64,000 bases of DNA from Candidatus Omnitrophota bacterium (GCA_041308845.1 JBFZAT010000026.1:41102-105101), one strand, 5' to 3'; positions 1-9,943 are shown, counted from the stretch's first letter. Notes: generated by a model from the sequence alone, not told the origin. Numbers and translations: made by a program.

Positions 1-1052
1 GGAGAATCTCTCTTAAAGGTAATCTCAAACCGATTCTGGAGCTGGAATCAGGAAGCAATGATCCGATGGCGGTTTTTTTGACTATTGGCTGTCTGGGAAT
101 ATTAACTAAAACCAATTCTTCTGTGCTGGGCCTGTTGCCTTTATTTGTGTTGAATATGGGAGTGGGATTGGTAATCGGTTATTTGATGGCCAAGGTTAGC
201 CTGATAGTTATTAATAGGATCAAGCTTGAATACGAGGGTTTATATCCGGTTTTGACTATTGCCCTGATATTGCTAACTTATTCTGTCGCCACGATAATTA
301 AAGGGAACGGATTCTTAGCAGTTTATTTCTTGGGCTTAATGGTGAGCAAAGATCATTTTATACACAAAAAGTCGATTGTGCGTTTTTATGAAGGTGTAGC
401 TTGGTTAATGCAGATTACTATGTTTTTGTCTTTGGGCTTACTGGCTTTTCCCTCTCGAATTATTGCAATCATCGGGAGCGGTTTATTAATTGCCACTATT
501 CTTATCTTTCTGGCCCGTCCGATCAGTGTTTTTATATCTTTATTGCCTTTTAAATTTTCTTACCCAGAAAAAACCATGATCTCTTGGGTAGGGTTACGCG
601 GTGCGGTTCCGATTATTTTAGCCACCTTTCCGCTGCTAGCCGGAATAACTCAAGCCCATATGATATTTAATATAGTTTTTTTTGTGGTACTAACCTCTGT
701 ATTGATCCAGGGTACAACCATCCCTTGGGTATCGAAAATGTTGGGGGTAATCGCCCCGCTTGATGCGAAAAAGAGATATCCGATTGAGTTTGAACATTCT
801 GAAGATATCGATGCTTCGCTTACGGACTTGATTGTGCCATATAATTCTGCCGTGGTTGGAAAAACTATTGCTGCTATTAATATACCGCCCAAAGCTTTGG
901 TTGTTCTTATCTCTCGGGGAGAAAAATTTATTGTGCCCAATGGATCCACAATAATTGAAGAGGGCGATGTTTTATTGTTGCTAGCTAATGACGACGATTT
1001 GCGGTTATTGCACAGCAAATTATCAGTTCTTGGGTCTGCCGAAAGTTCCTAA
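1..1052 (+). CDS. K+/H+ (CPA1/NhaP2-like) antiporter, C-terminal portion with TrkA-C (RCK_C) domain; 5' end lies upstream of the window
   Basis: The reading frame is open from nt 3 to the ORF-track ATG at 66, so the gene is truncated by the window edge. Several TM helices are followed by a soluble tail (LIVPYNSAVVGKTIAAINIPPKALVVLISRGEKFIVPNGSTIIEEGDVLLLLAN) typical of RCK_C. Confidence 0.65.
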   Translation, partial: RISLKGNLKPILELESGSNDPMAVFLTIGCLGILTKTNSSVLGLLPLFVLNMGVGLVIGYLMAKVSLIVINRIKLEYEGLYPVLTIALILLTYSVATIIKGNGFLAVYFLGLMVSKDHFIHKKSIVRFYEGVAWLMQITMFLSLGLLAFPSRIIAIIGSGLLIATILIFLARPISVFISLLPFKFSYPEKTMISWVGLRGAVPIILATFPLLAGITQAHMIFNIVFFVVLTSVLIQGTTIPWVSKMLGVIAPLDAKKRYPIEFEHSEDIDASLTDLIVPYNSAVVGKTIAAINIPPKALVVLISRGEKFIVPNGSTIIEEGDVLLLLANDDDLRLLHSKLSVLGSAESS

Positions 1053-1166
1053 CTAAGGGCAAGGGGCTGATGAAAAAGCAGTGGGAGTATGTTTGTCATG
1101 CAGATTCCTGGTAAGTATTCACCAGGTAGAAAATTTAAGATTACCAGGAATTAAAAGAAGATCTAG

Positions 1167-2000
1167 TTGAATAATCAATCCAAAATATTAATGATTATGC
1201 TTAAAATAACTATTGTCGTATTAACCGCCTGCGGTTTATTGATTATATTTCTAAGATATATTGAAGTAAAGACGATTTTTTATCCAGATAAAGAGGTCAC
1301 TATTTTTCCTGATCAAGTTAAACTTGGATTCCAAGATGTTTTTTTTGAAACCTCTGATAATCTAAAAATTAACGCTTGGATGATCCTCAGCCGAAATGCA
1401 AAATATACAATTTTGTTTTTTCACGGAAACGCTGGAAATATTAGCCACCGCATTGAAAAGATCAAGTTTTTTAATGATTTAGAATGTAATGTTTTTATCG
1501 TTGACTATCGCGGTTATGGTAGGAGTCAGGGTAAGCCTTCTGAGGCGGGGCTCTATAAAGATGCCCAGGCAGCCTATGCTTATCTTGTATCAAAGGGCAT
1601 ATTGGCTAATCAAATCATCGGATATGGTGAATCCATAGGCGGGGCGGTAGTCGTGGATTTAGCTCGTCAGAAAAAGATGAAAGCTATAATTCTAGACAGC
1701 ACGCTTTCTAGTTTAAAAGATATGGTTAAATATTCATATCCGTTTATTCCTTACTGGGTATTCGCCAGCCGGTTTGATTCTGAGAGCAAAATTAAGGTAA
1801 TCAAAATCCCCAAGCTCATTATTCATAGCGTAAACGATGAAATTGTTCCTTTTATTTTCGGCAAAAAGCTTTATATAGCTACTCCTGAACCAAAGCAGTT
1901 TTTGCAGATACATGGAGGACATAACAGTAATTTTTACGAAGCTGTAGATATATTGAGAGAAGGAATCAGTGGTTTTATTAAGAATTTACCGAGTGAATAA
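1167..2000 (+). CDS. alpha/beta-fold hydrolase (BAAT / S9-like) with an N-terminal membrane anchor
   Basis: HGNAGN oxyanion motif and GESIGG nucleophile elbow; an Asp and a His lie downstream. TTG start at 1167 (alternative ATG at 1191). Confidence 0.65.
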   Translation: MNNQSKILMIMLKITIVVLTACGLLIIFLRYIEVKTIFYPDKEVTIFPDQVKLGFQDVFFETSDNLKINAWMILSRNAKYTILFFHGNAGNISHRIEKIKFFNDLECNVFIVDYRGYGRSQGKPSEAGLYKDAQAAYAYLVSKGILANQIIGYGESIGGAVVVDLARQKKMKAIILDSTLSSLKDMVKYSYPFIPYWVFASRFDSESKIKVIKIPKLIIHSVNDEIVPFIFGKKLYIATPEPKQFLQIHGGHNSNFYEAVDILREGISGFIKNLPSE

Positions 2001-2029
2001 TTTCTTTAATATTGAAGGGGATTGAATTT

Positions 2030-3175
2030 ATGTTATTAAGTAAAAAAAATATAAACAATAAGGTATGCGTACGCACTTTCGGATGTCAGATGAATGTCCG
2101 GGATTCGCAAGTAATTTCTGGCCTACTGCGGCAAGCCGGCTATCAAATTAGTGCTACGGATCAAGATGCCGATATAATTATTTTCAACACCTGTGTGGTG
2201 CGTAAACACGCTGAAGACCGGGTTTGGAGTTTAATCGGCAGCTATAAAGGTTCTAGAATTATTGGTTTAGTAGGATGTATGGCGCAATATTTTCAAGAGC
2301 GGGCATTTGAGCGCGATTCTAGTATTAGCTTTGTTGTCGGCCCGCAAGATATCCACAAGCTCCCGGAGATTCTCAAAAAGTTCAGAGTGAAGAATTTATT
2401 TGAGGCTAAGGTGTGGGAGACGCAAGGAACTGTACGGCCCGAAGAAATTTACCACACCGAGTTTTCTCCGACTGCTCAACATGCTTATGTAGTAATATCC
2501 GAAGGTTGTTCTAATTTTTGCGCATATTGTGTGGTGCCTTATGTTCGGGGAACTTTACGTCACCGCAAGCCGCAAGATATTTTAACAGAAATTAAAGAAG
2601 CGCTTAATCAAGGAGTAACCCAGGTTACCCTCTTGGGGCAGAATGTCAATGCTTATCAGGCGGATCGGGTAAATTTTACCCAGCTGCTCAGTAAGGTGAA
2701 TGCTTTAGTTGGCTTAAAGGAGTTTGATTTTTTTACTTCACACCCTAAAGATGCCAGTTGTGATTTATTTAAAGCTATTCGCGACCTGGATAAGCTAAAG
2801 AAACGGTTACATCTACCGATACAGTCCGGATCAGACCGTATCTTGAAACTGATGAATAGGGGGTATGGCGTAAAAGATTACTTGGCTTTAATTGATTCTT
2901 ATCGTAAAATTGTTAAAGCCGGGTGGTTAAGTACAGATATTATCGTAGGCTTTCCTACTGAAACTACCAAAGAATTTCAGGAAACTTACGCCCTAGTTAA
3001 AAAGGTCGGGTTTAATGCTGCTTATATTTTTAAGTATTCTTTACGGCCCGGCACGCAAGCGGCTAAACTGCCAGATCAACTTAAGCCCGAAGAAAAAAAT
3101 AAACGCCACCAAAGAATTTTAGATTTACAGAGGGAGATTTCTCAAACATTAAGGAGTCGGTTGAATAATGGCTAA
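2030..3175 (+). CDS. miaB: MiaB-family radical-SAM methylthiotransferase; appears to lack a C-terminal TRAM domain
   Basis: N-terminal MTTase motif FGCQMNVRDSQ and radical-SAM CSNFCAYC. AAGGGG RBS at 2015-2020 precedes the ATG at 2030; the ORF track starts at TTG 2012. miaA follows. Confidence 0.7.
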   Translation: MLLSKKNINNKVCVRTFGCQMNVRDSQVISGLLRQAGYQISATDQDADIIIFNTCVVRKHAEDRVWSLIGSYKGSRIIGLVGCMAQYFQERAFERDSSISFVVGPQDIHKLPEILKKFRVKNLFEAKVWETQGTVRPEEIYHTEFSPTAQHAYVVISEGCSNFCAYCVVPYVRGTLRHRKPQDILTEIKEALNQGVTQVTLLGQNVNAYQADRVNFTQLLSKVNALVGLKEFDFFTSHPKDASCDLFKAIRDLDKLKKRLHLPIQSGSDRILKLMNRGYGVKDYLALIDSYRKIVKAGWLSTDIIVGFPTETTKEFQETYALVKKVGFNAAYIFKYSLRPGTQAAKLPDQLKPEEKNKRHQRILDLQREISQTLRSRLNNG

Positions 3176-3926
3176 AACTAAATTTATATTAATTGTTTTA
3201 TTTTTGTTTGCCTGGCCGGGTTTTTCCAAGGCTGCCTCTTTAGATTCAATAAAGGCTGATTTTTTAAATGGCGACTATGCGCGGGTAATCGCAGAAGGCC
3301 AGGCTCAGCTTGGGCGGGCGCCGCGGGCTAATGCCGATGAGTTAAACTATATTTTAGGATTAAGTTATCTTAACCAGTCCAAATTTGATCTGGCTCGGGC
3401 CTGTTTTAAGAGTATTTTGAATAATTCAGACAGTAAATTTCAGGAAGAGTCATATTTAGCCTTGGGGGATACTTATTTAGTTTCTGGTCAGTTTGCTCAG
3501 GCTGAGCAGATCTACAATAAAATAATTGTTGATTATCCGAATACCCGACAAAAAGCTGCAGTTTTATATCGTTTAAGCCAGCTGGGTTTTAAACAGGGAG
3601 ATCAGCAAAAGGGTAACAATTATTGGTTGCAACTTAAGAGCGATTTTCCGTTTAGCCCGGAATTAAGATTAAACCAAGGGTTGGTTACGGCGAGCAATTT
3701 TGTAAGTTCGGATGATGAATATTCTGTACAAGTAGGTTTTTTTGAAAATAGCGCTAACGCCAACAATCTAAAAAATTCTTTATTGGGCAAGAATTACCCA
3801 GCCTACGTAGAGAGTTTTAACAATGGTTTCCGGGTTAGAGTGGGGAAATTTAAAACAAAGCATGAAGCGTTAGAATCAGCTAATAAGCTTTCCCAAGAAG
3901 GGTTGCAAACCAAAATTTATCCGTAG
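3168..3926 (+). CDS. TPR-repeat protein with a C-terminal SPOR (peptidoglycan-binding) domain, signal peptide
   Basis: N-terminal signal-like segment, TPR-like helical repeats, and a C-terminal YSVQVGFFENSANANNLKNSL...FRVRVGKFKTKHEA SPOR pattern. Confidence 0.55.
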   Translation: MAKTKFILIVLFLFAWPGFSKAASLDSIKADFLNGDYARVIAEGQAQLGRAPRANADELNYILGLSYLNQSKFDLARACFKSILNNSDSKFQEESYLALGDTYLVSGQFAQAEQIYNKIIVDYPNTRQKAAVLYRLSQLGFKQGDQQKGNNYWLQLKSDFPFSPELRLNQGLVTASNFVSSDDEYSVQVGFFENSANANNLKNSLLGKNYPAYVESFNNGFRVRVGKFKTKHEALESANKLSQEGLQTKIYP

Positions 3927-3932
3927 CATTCC

Positions 3933-4859
3933 ATGCAAAAGAAGAATATAATTTTTCTCCTGGGGCCGACTGGAATAGGTAAATCATCAGTAGCGGTAAG
4001 TTTAGCCAAAAAGATCAAAGCTGAGATTATTTCCTGCGATTCTATGCAGGTTTATCGCAAGATGGAGGTGGTTACCTGTCAGCTGAAGCCTCGGGAAAGA
4101 AAAGTAATCAAACATCACTTGATAGGGGTGCTTAAACCGCAACAAGAATACAACGCGGCAAGATACCGCCGGCAAGCGCTGGCGATCTGTGACCAGTTAT
4201 TTACTCAAGGCAAAATTCCCCTATTTGTAGGCGGGACCGGTCTTTATTATTCGGTGATTATTGACGGGCTATTTCCAGCTGTACCCCAGGATAAATTAAT
4301 TCGCGTTAAACTGGAAAAACAGCTTAAAACCAGGGGCAGCCAATATCTTTATCGCAGGTTATCTCAGTTGGATAGCCAAGCAGCCGCTAGAATTCACCCG
4401 CATGATTCTAGAAGGATAATTCGCGCCCTGGAAGTATACTTAAAAACCGGAACCAGGATTTCTCAGTTGCAGAAAAACCGGGTTGGTCTAAATAAAGATT
4501 ATAAGGTTAGAATTTTCGGGTTAAATGCAAACCGGGCGATGATTTACAACGCGATTGATCGCAGGGTTGATCAAATGTTTAACCAGGGATTGCTAAAAGA
4601 GGTCAAAGCTTTGCTTAAATATAAATTGAGTCGTACGGCTAAATGTGCGATAGGTATCCGGGAATTAAAGGGTTATTTTGACGGAAAATATTCTCTGGAT
4701 GAAGCCAGGCGGCTAATACAGCGTAATAGCCGCCATTATGCTAAACGCCAATTAACTTGGTTTAGGAAGGATAAGCGCATTCGTTGGATTAATATCAAGG
4801 TGGGGGATTCGCCGGTTACTGTGGCCAAGCGCATATTTAAATTTTTAGACTTAAGTTAA
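3933..4859 (+). CDS. miaA: tRNA dimethylallyltransferase
   Basis: P-loop GPTGIGKS and family-wide similarity; about 308 aa. Confidence 0.9.
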   Translation: MQKKNIIFLLGPTGIGKSSVAVSLAKKIKAEIISCDSMQVYRKMEVVTCQLKPRERKVIKHHLIGVLKPQQEYNAARYRRQALAICDQLFTQGKIPLFVGGTGLYYSVIIDGLFPAVPQDKLIRVKLEKQLKTRGSQYLYRRLSQLDSQAAARIHPHDSRRIIRALEVYLKTGTRISQLQKNRVGLNKDYKVRIFGLNANRAMIYNAIDRRVDQMFNQGLLKEVKALLKYKLSRTAKCAIGIRELKGYFDGKYSLDEARRLIQRNSRHYAKRQLTWFRKDKRIRWINIKVGDSPVTVAKRIFKFLDLS

Positions 4860-4965
4860 TTTACAGATACAGAATTTATGTTTTAGGTTAGTTAAAAGCT
4901 TGCGGAATTTTCCTTGTCAGGCAGTATTAAATACTGCTTTGTAATTTCACTTAGGATCCTATTAA

Positions 4966-6225
4966 ATGGAAAGAGCTCTACTGGTAAGTGTCCAATTAAA
5001 AACAGATAAACATCACTGGCGCATTGAAGATATCTCTGCGGAGTTAGAAGAGTTAGCTGCTTCTACTACGGTGGAGGTAATAGAGAACATTATTTGTATT
5101 TGTGATCGCGCTACTCCGAATTACCTGATTGGTAAAGGTAAGGTTGAAGAAATTGCTTTTATTGCTAATGCTGAAAAAGCAGAAGTAGTAATTTTTAGCC
5201 ATGATTTAAGCGGAACTCAACAACGCAACCTAGAAAAAGCTTTAGGAAGGAGAACTATTGACCGGACGCAGTTAATCTTAGATATTTTCAGTCGTCGAGC
5301 GCGCAGTCCTGAAGGTAAGATGCAAGTAGAATTGGCGCAATTAGAGTATTTGTTTTCGCGACTGGCGGGGAAAGGCATAGTCCTTTCCGATTTAGGCGGC
5401 GGTATCGGTACCCGGGGTCCGGGAGAAACTAAGCTGGAAATGGACCGCCGGCAGGTGCGCAGGAAAATTGATAAATTAAAATCTGATTTAAGAAATGTGC
5501 AATTACATCGTTTGGCTATGCGTAAAAAAAGGCAGAGTAATGATCTACCCGCGCTGGCCTTAGTTGGTTATACCAGCGCTGGTAAATCCACGCTGTTGAA
5601 TCTTTTAACCGCATCCGCCCAACCTACCTCAGAAAAATTGTTTACTACTTTGGATCCACTCTCAAAAAATTTAGTGTTGCCTAACGGTCAAAGTGTTATT
5701 GTTTCGGATACGGTAGGATTTTTACATGAACTGCCACATCATTTAATTGAGGCATTCAAAGCTACCTTGGAAGAAGTGAATCAAGCGGATTTATTAATTC
5801 ATGTTTTGGATGCCGCAGACAGTCGGCTGGAGCAGCATAACCAGGCAGTGTTGGATGTACTTAGGCAGCTGGGAGCAGGAGATAAGCCAATCTTAGTGGT
5901 TTTGAATAAAATCGATTTAATCGATGACCGCAGTTGGCTGGAAGTCCACCGGAAAGAATTCCCCGATTCAATCATTTTGTCTGCCAAAACCGGCGAGAAT
6001 TTAAAGCTGCTGTTGGCTAAAATTACCGAGCATTTTGCTGGGCTGATGCTTAGTTTGAGCATTGTTATACCGCATCATCGTATGGAGCTGGTAGATTTTT
6101 TTTACCGGCAAGCCAAGATAAAAAAGATTGATTATTCACAAAAGGGAATAAATATTAGATTGGATATCTCCCGGGCTATTTTTAATCGCATCCGGAAGGA
6201 CCAGGAGATAAAAATTATTTGTTAG
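4966..6225 (+). CDS. hflX: GTPase HflX
   Basis: HflX N-domain signature GTRGPGETKLEMDRR plus a G-domain (GYTSAGKSTL, DTVGF, NKID). Confidence 0.9.
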   Translation: MERALLVSVQLKTDKHHWRIEDISAELEELAASTTVEVIENIICICDRATPNYLIGKGKVEEIAFIANAEKAEVVIFSHDLSGTQQRNLEKALGRRTIDRTQLILDIFSRRARSPEGKMQVELAQLEYLFSRLAGKGIVLSDLGGGIGTRGPGETKLEMDRRQVRRKIDKLKSDLRNVQLHRLAMRKKRQSNDLPALALVGYTSAGKSTLLNLLTASAQPTSEKLFTTLDPLSKNLVLPNGQSVIVSDTVGFLHELPHHLIEAFKATLEEVNQADLLIHVLDAADSRLEQHNQAVLDVLRQLGAGDKPILVVLNKIDLIDDRSWLEVHRKEFPDSIILSAKTGENLKLLLAKITEHFAGLMLSLSIVIPHHRMELVDFFYRQAKIKKIDYSQKGINIRLDISRAIFNRIRKDQEIKIIC

Positions 6226-6252
6226 TTTATCTAACAAAAATAATTATTTTAC

Positions 6253-6281
6253 TTGACAAAATAAATTAGTCGTGGTAGTAT
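6253..6281 (+). promoter_or_regulatory. sigma70-like promoter TTGACA-N17-TAGTAT upstream of the MerR-like gene
   Basis: TTGACA 6253-6258, TAGTAT 6276-6281, AGGAGG RBS 6291-6296, ATG at 6304. Confidence 0.55.
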
Positions 6282-6303
6282 TGGAATGTCAGGAGGCGGG
6301 TAA

Positions 6304-6561
6304 ATGCCATTATTCAGTGTGAAGATTGCGCCTGAAGAGCCGGTGTATGTTATCAGTGTAGTTTGTAAGTTAGTGCGTATACCGATTTGGACCTTGCGCC
6401 AACTGGATAAAGCCGGAGTGGTACGCCCAAAGCGTTTAGGTAAGAAAAACCGGTTATATTCACTTAAGGATCTTAAAAAGCTTGAATATGTGCATTACCT
6501 GATGGAGGAAAAACATGTTAATATTCATGGTCTCAAAATTATTTTAGGAAAGGAGGAGTAG
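6304..6561 (+). CDS. small MerR-family HTH regulator (HspR-like) heading the heat-shock operon
   Basis: 85 aa with a MerR-type HTH (IWTLRQLDKAGVVRPKRL...YSLKDLKKLEYV). It lies immediately upstream of hrcA-grpE-dnaK-dnaJ. Confidence 0.55.
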   Translation: MPLFSVKIAPEEPVYVISVVCKLVRIPIWTLRQLDKAGVVRPKRLGKKNRLYSLKDLKKLEYVHYLMEEKHVNIHGLKIILGKEE

Positions 6562-6579
6562 ATTTTTTTTGGGCTTATG

Positions 6580-6606
6580 TTAGCACTCTAATGATTTAAC
6601 TGCTAA
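6580..6606 (+). promoter_or_regulatory. CIRCE-like inverted repeat (HrcA operator) TTAGCACTC-N9-AACTGCTAA
   Basis: Left arm matches the CIRCE consensus TTAGCACTC exactly. Right arm matches GAGTGCTAA at 7 of 9 positions. It lies between the MerR-like gene and hrcA. Confidence 0.6.
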
Positions 6607-6611
6607 TTTTA

Positions 6612-6639
6612 TTGACAAAATAGCAGATTGTGTTAAAAT
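6612..6639 (+). promoter_or_regulatory. sigma70 promoter TTGACA-N16-TGtTAAAAT for hrcA-grpE-dnaK-dnaJ
   Basis: TTGACA 6612-6617 and an extended -10 TGtTAAAAT 6631-6639, directly downstream of the CIRCE-like element. Confidence 0.6.
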
Positions 6640-6685
6640 TACGCTTCGGGTTTTAGCGTCGAGTAATCTAACAGAGGAGCAAAAG

Positions 6686-7420
6686 GTGTGTTCAGTAGAT
6701 TATAATTCCAGGAGAAAATCAGTCTTAAATGCAGCGATTAGTCGCTACATTAAGAATGCGCTTCCGGTGGCTTCCGATGATATCGCCGCGGAGTTTGATT
6801 TGAGTTCAGCGACTATCAGGAACATATTCTCTGAGCTTGATGAATCCGGATTTCTTAAACATCCTTACACTTCTGGTGGCAGGGTGCCTACTGACAAGGG
6901 GTACCGCTATTATGTGGATTTCCTAATTCAGCAAATGGAGCTGCTAGATGAAGAAAAGCAGCGTATCCTGAAGGAATGTAAAAGGAAGATTCGTCGGTTG
7001 GATGAAGCTTTGGAAAATACTTCGGAAGTAATCTCTGAAATTACACATTTTGCCGGTATTGTTTCATTTTTACAATGGCAGGACAAAATGTTCTATAAGG
7101 GTATCAGCCGGATAATCGACCAGCCGGAGTTTAAGGACGCCGATAAAATACGCCTGTTAATCAAGCTCATGGAGGACAAAAGTAAACTCCTGGATATTAT
7201 TAACCGGGATTTTTCGGGTAAAGTTAAAGTTTATATTGGAAGTGAATTGGGTTTTCCGGAGATGGAAAACTGCTCTTTAATTGTGTCCGGCTTTAAATTA
7301 AAAAATCAACCTTCGGGTAGATTGGCTGTGCTGGGGCCGATGCGTATGGAGTATGATCATATTATTCCAACGATGGAATATATTTCCGAGGTTTTAAACC
7401 AGATTCTGGAGGAATTTTAG
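6686..7420 (+). CDS. hrcA: heat-inducible transcription repressor HrcA (short form, 244 aa)
   Basis: N-terminal winged HTH and C-terminal GPMRMEYDH motif; gene order hrcA-grpE-dnaK-dnaJ. Confidence 0.85.
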   Translation: MCSVDYNSRRKSVLNAAISRYIKNALPVASDDIAAEFDLSSATIRNIFSELDESGFLKHPYTSGGRVPTDKGYRYYVDFLIQQMELLDEEKQRILKECKRKIRRLDEALENTSEVISEITHFAGIVSFLQWQDKMFYKGISRIIDQPEFKDADKIRLLIKLMEDKSKLLDIINRDFSGKVKVYIGSELGFPEMENCSLIVSGFKLKNQPSGRLAVLGPMRMEYDHIIPTMEYISEVLNQILEEF

Positions 7421-7424
7421 GCTG

Positions 7425-7976
7425 ATGGAAGAACATAAAAGTAACCAAAAAAATAATCAAGAGCATAAAGCCGCTCAAAAAAACGCAGAAGAAATTGTTA
7501 CCTTAAAGCAAGCGGAATATTTAGCGCTTTTGGAAGAGGTGAAAAAGGGTAAAGACAGCTGGGACCAGATGCTGCGCAACCAGGCTGATTTGGAAAATAC
7601 CCGTAAGCGCCTGGACCGGGAAAAGCAGGAGTTTATTAAATTTGCCAATGAGGGCCTGATTCTGGATTTGCTTAATGTACTGGATGATTTGGAGCGTACG
7701 GTGGATCTGGCCCAGACCGGTACAGAAGATCTATCCGCTTTTATAAAAGGGGTGGAAATGATCCTGGCGCATTTATACGAAATGTTAAAAAACCATGGGG
7801 TCAAACCGATCGAGGCGGAAGGCAAAATATTTGATCCTAATTTTCATGAGGCCTTGATGCAGGTTGAGAATAAAGAGTTAGCAGAGCATACGATTATTGA
7901 AGTATTGCAAAAAGGTTATTTAATTCACGGGCGGGTTTTAAGAACCGCTAAGGTCAAGGTTACTAAAAAACAATAG
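7425..7976 (+). CDS. grpE: nucleotide exchange factor GrpE
   Basis: GrpE family similarity and operon position. Confidence 0.9.
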   Translation: MEEHKSNQKNNQEHKAAQKNAEEIVTLKQAEYLALLEEVKKGKDSWDQMLRNQADLENTRKRLDREKQEFIKFANEGLILDLLNVLDDLERTVDLAQTGTEDLSAFIKGVEMILAHLYEMLKNHGVKPIEAEGKIFDPNFHEALMQVENKELAEHTIIEVLQKGYLIHGRVLRTAKVKVTKKQ

Positions 7977-8039
7977 GTTCTACACTTGGCGTCCAACTGA
8001 ATAGCGCCGGTGTTGTTTACGTAGACAAGGAGGTTTAAC

Positions 8040-9941
8040 ATGGCAAAGGTAATTGGTATTGATTTAGGTACATCTAACTCAGCAGCCGCGGTGATGGAAG
8101 GCGGCCGCCCGGTAATTATTCCTTCTGCTGAAGGGGCCGGAGTGGCCTCTGGGAAAGCCTTTCCGTCTTATGTTGCATTCACTAAAGATGGTCAGCGCTT
8201 GGTAGGTGAACCGGCTAGACGTCAGGCGGCGATTAATGCCGAAGGAACAATTCAGGCGGCTAAACGTAAAATGGGTACAGATTTTAAGTTCAAAGTTCAC
8301 GGCACAGATTACACGCCGCAACAAGTTTCGGCGTTTATCTTGCAAAAAATTAAGCAAGATGCTGAGGCTTATCTAGGGGATAAGGTAGAGAATGTAGTAA
8401 TTACCTGCCCGGCGTATTTCAATGATAATCAGCGTCAAGCAACTAAGGATGCCGGTGAAATTGCAGGTTTAAAAGTTTTACGTATAATTAATGAGCCAAC
8501 CGCAGCGTGTTTGGCCTACGGTTTGGAAAAAGCTGGTAAAGAACAAAGAATTATGGTTTTCGATTTAGGCGGAGGAACCTTGGATGTTACCATTATGGAA
8601 ATGGCCCAAGGCGTATTCCATGTTCAGTCTACCAGCGGAGATACGCAGTTAGGCGGGACCGATATGGACAGAGTATTGTTGGAGTATATTGTTGGCCAGT
8701 TTAAGCGGGAAACCGGGATTGATCTGATGAGTGATAAAATGGCGGTGCAAAGAGTTCGGGAAGCTGCAGAAAAGGCGAAAATTGAATTATCTTCTACCGT
8801 GAGCACGGATATCAATTTACCTTTTATTACTGCTGATTCTTCTGGCCCCAAGCATTTAACTATGAATATAACTCGGGCTAAGCTAGAAGATCTGGTGGCC
8901 CCGATTATTGAACGCTGTAAGCATCCGATGGAGCAGGCATTAAATGATGCCAAGCTCACCGCAAAAGAGGTGGATCGGATTATCATGGTTGGCGGGCCGA
9001 CCCGTATGCCGATTGTGCAGAAATTTGTAGAAGATTATGTTGGTAAAAAGATTGAGCGTGGTGTAGATCCTATGGAGTGTGTGGCCTTAGGGGCAGCAGT
9101 CCAGGCGGCAATTATCACCGGAGAAGTCAAGGATGTGCTGCTTTTGGATGTCACTCCGTTATCCTTAGGAATTGAAACCTTAGGCGGGGTGAATACAAAG
9201 TTAATTGAAAGAAACGCCTCTATCCCTACTCAAAAAAGCCAGGTATTCTCAACCGCTGCTGATAATCAGACCGCAGTGACTATCCGAGTTTTACAAGGGG
9301 AAAGACAATTGGCGGATGATAATGTAGAGCTGGGAAGGTTTGATTTGGTAGGGATTCCAGCTGCTCCTCGCGGGGTTCCGCAAATTGAAGTAAAATTTGA
9401 TATTGACCGGGACGGAATTGTGCACGTTTCCGCTAAGGATCTGGGTACTGGCAAGGAACAATCTATCCGGATCAGCGCTCCGAAGAAGCTATCTAAAGAA
9501 GAGATTGATAAAATGGTTAAGGATGCCGAAAAATTTGCTGCTGATGATGCCAAAAAGAAAGAAGAAATAGAAGCTATTAATCAGGCAGATAATTTGATCT
9601 ATGCTACCGAAAAATCATTGAAAGATTACGGTGATAAAGTTAGTCAGGCCGAACGTGCGGATATCGAAGCTAAGGCTAATGATTTAAAAAGCGCGATTAA
9701 AGATAAAAACATCGAGCGAATCAAGAAGGGCATGGAGGATCTCACTAAAGTTTCTCACAAGCTGGCCGAAGAGATCTATAAGCAGGCAGCTAGTGCCAAA
9801 CAGCAAAAGTCTCAAGGCTCAGCTGGGGAAGCTGCAGAGCAGAAACAAAACAATAGCGAAGAGGCCGCTGAAGCTGGTAAAAAAGACGAGGATATTATTG
9901 ATGCTGAATATAAAGAAGAGGATAAAGACGGTAAAAAATAA
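8040..9941 (+). CDS. dnaK: chaperone DnaK (Hsp70)
   Basis: Hsp70 signatures [16 protein letters not shown] and [11 protein letters not shown]-like, with an acidic C-terminus. Confidence 0.97.
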   Translation: MAKVIGIDLGTSNSAAAVMEGGRPVIIPSAEGAGVASGKAFPSYVAFTKDGQRLVGEPARRQAAINAEGTIQAAKRKMGTDFKFKVHGTDYTPQQVSAFILQKIKQDAEAYLGDKVENVVITCPAYFNDNQRQATKDAGEIAGLKVLRIINEPTAACLAYGLEKAGKEQRIMVFDLGGGTLDVTIMEMAQGVFHVQSTSGDTQLGGTDMDRVLLEYIVGQFKRETGIDLMSDKMAVQRVREAAEKAKIELSSTVSTDINLPFITADSSGPKHLTMNITRAKLEDLVAPIIERCKHPMEQALNDAKLTAKEVDRIIMVGGPTRMPIVQKFVEDYVGKKIERGVDPMECVALGAAVQAAIITGEVKDVLLLDVTPLSLGIETLGGVNTKLIERNASIPTQKSQVFSTAADNQTAVTIRVLQGERQLADDNVELGRFDLVGIPAAPRGVPQIEVKFDIDRDGIVHVSAKDLGTGKEQSIRISAPKKLSKEEIDKMVKDAEKFAADDAKKKEEIEAINQADNLIYATEKSLKDYGDKVSQAERADIEAKANDLKSAIKDKNIERIKKGMEDLTKVSHKLAEEIYKQAASAKQQKSQGSAGEAAEQKQNNSEEAAEAGKKDEDIIDAEYKEEDKDGKK

Positions 9942-9943
9942 AA

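Noticed and set aside
650-1018. Minus-strand ORFs from the six-frame track nested inside + strand genes (650..1018, 1734..1922, 5799..6062, 7475..7825, 8079..8357, 8624..8986, 9266..9553, 9812..10165, 14090..14335, 41422..42202 and many similar), plus the + strand ORF 9957..10406 inside dnaJ
   Set aside because: Each lies entirely within a well-supported conserved gene in another frame or strand. Their translations are low-complexity with no motifs. They are typical antisense or shadow ORFs.
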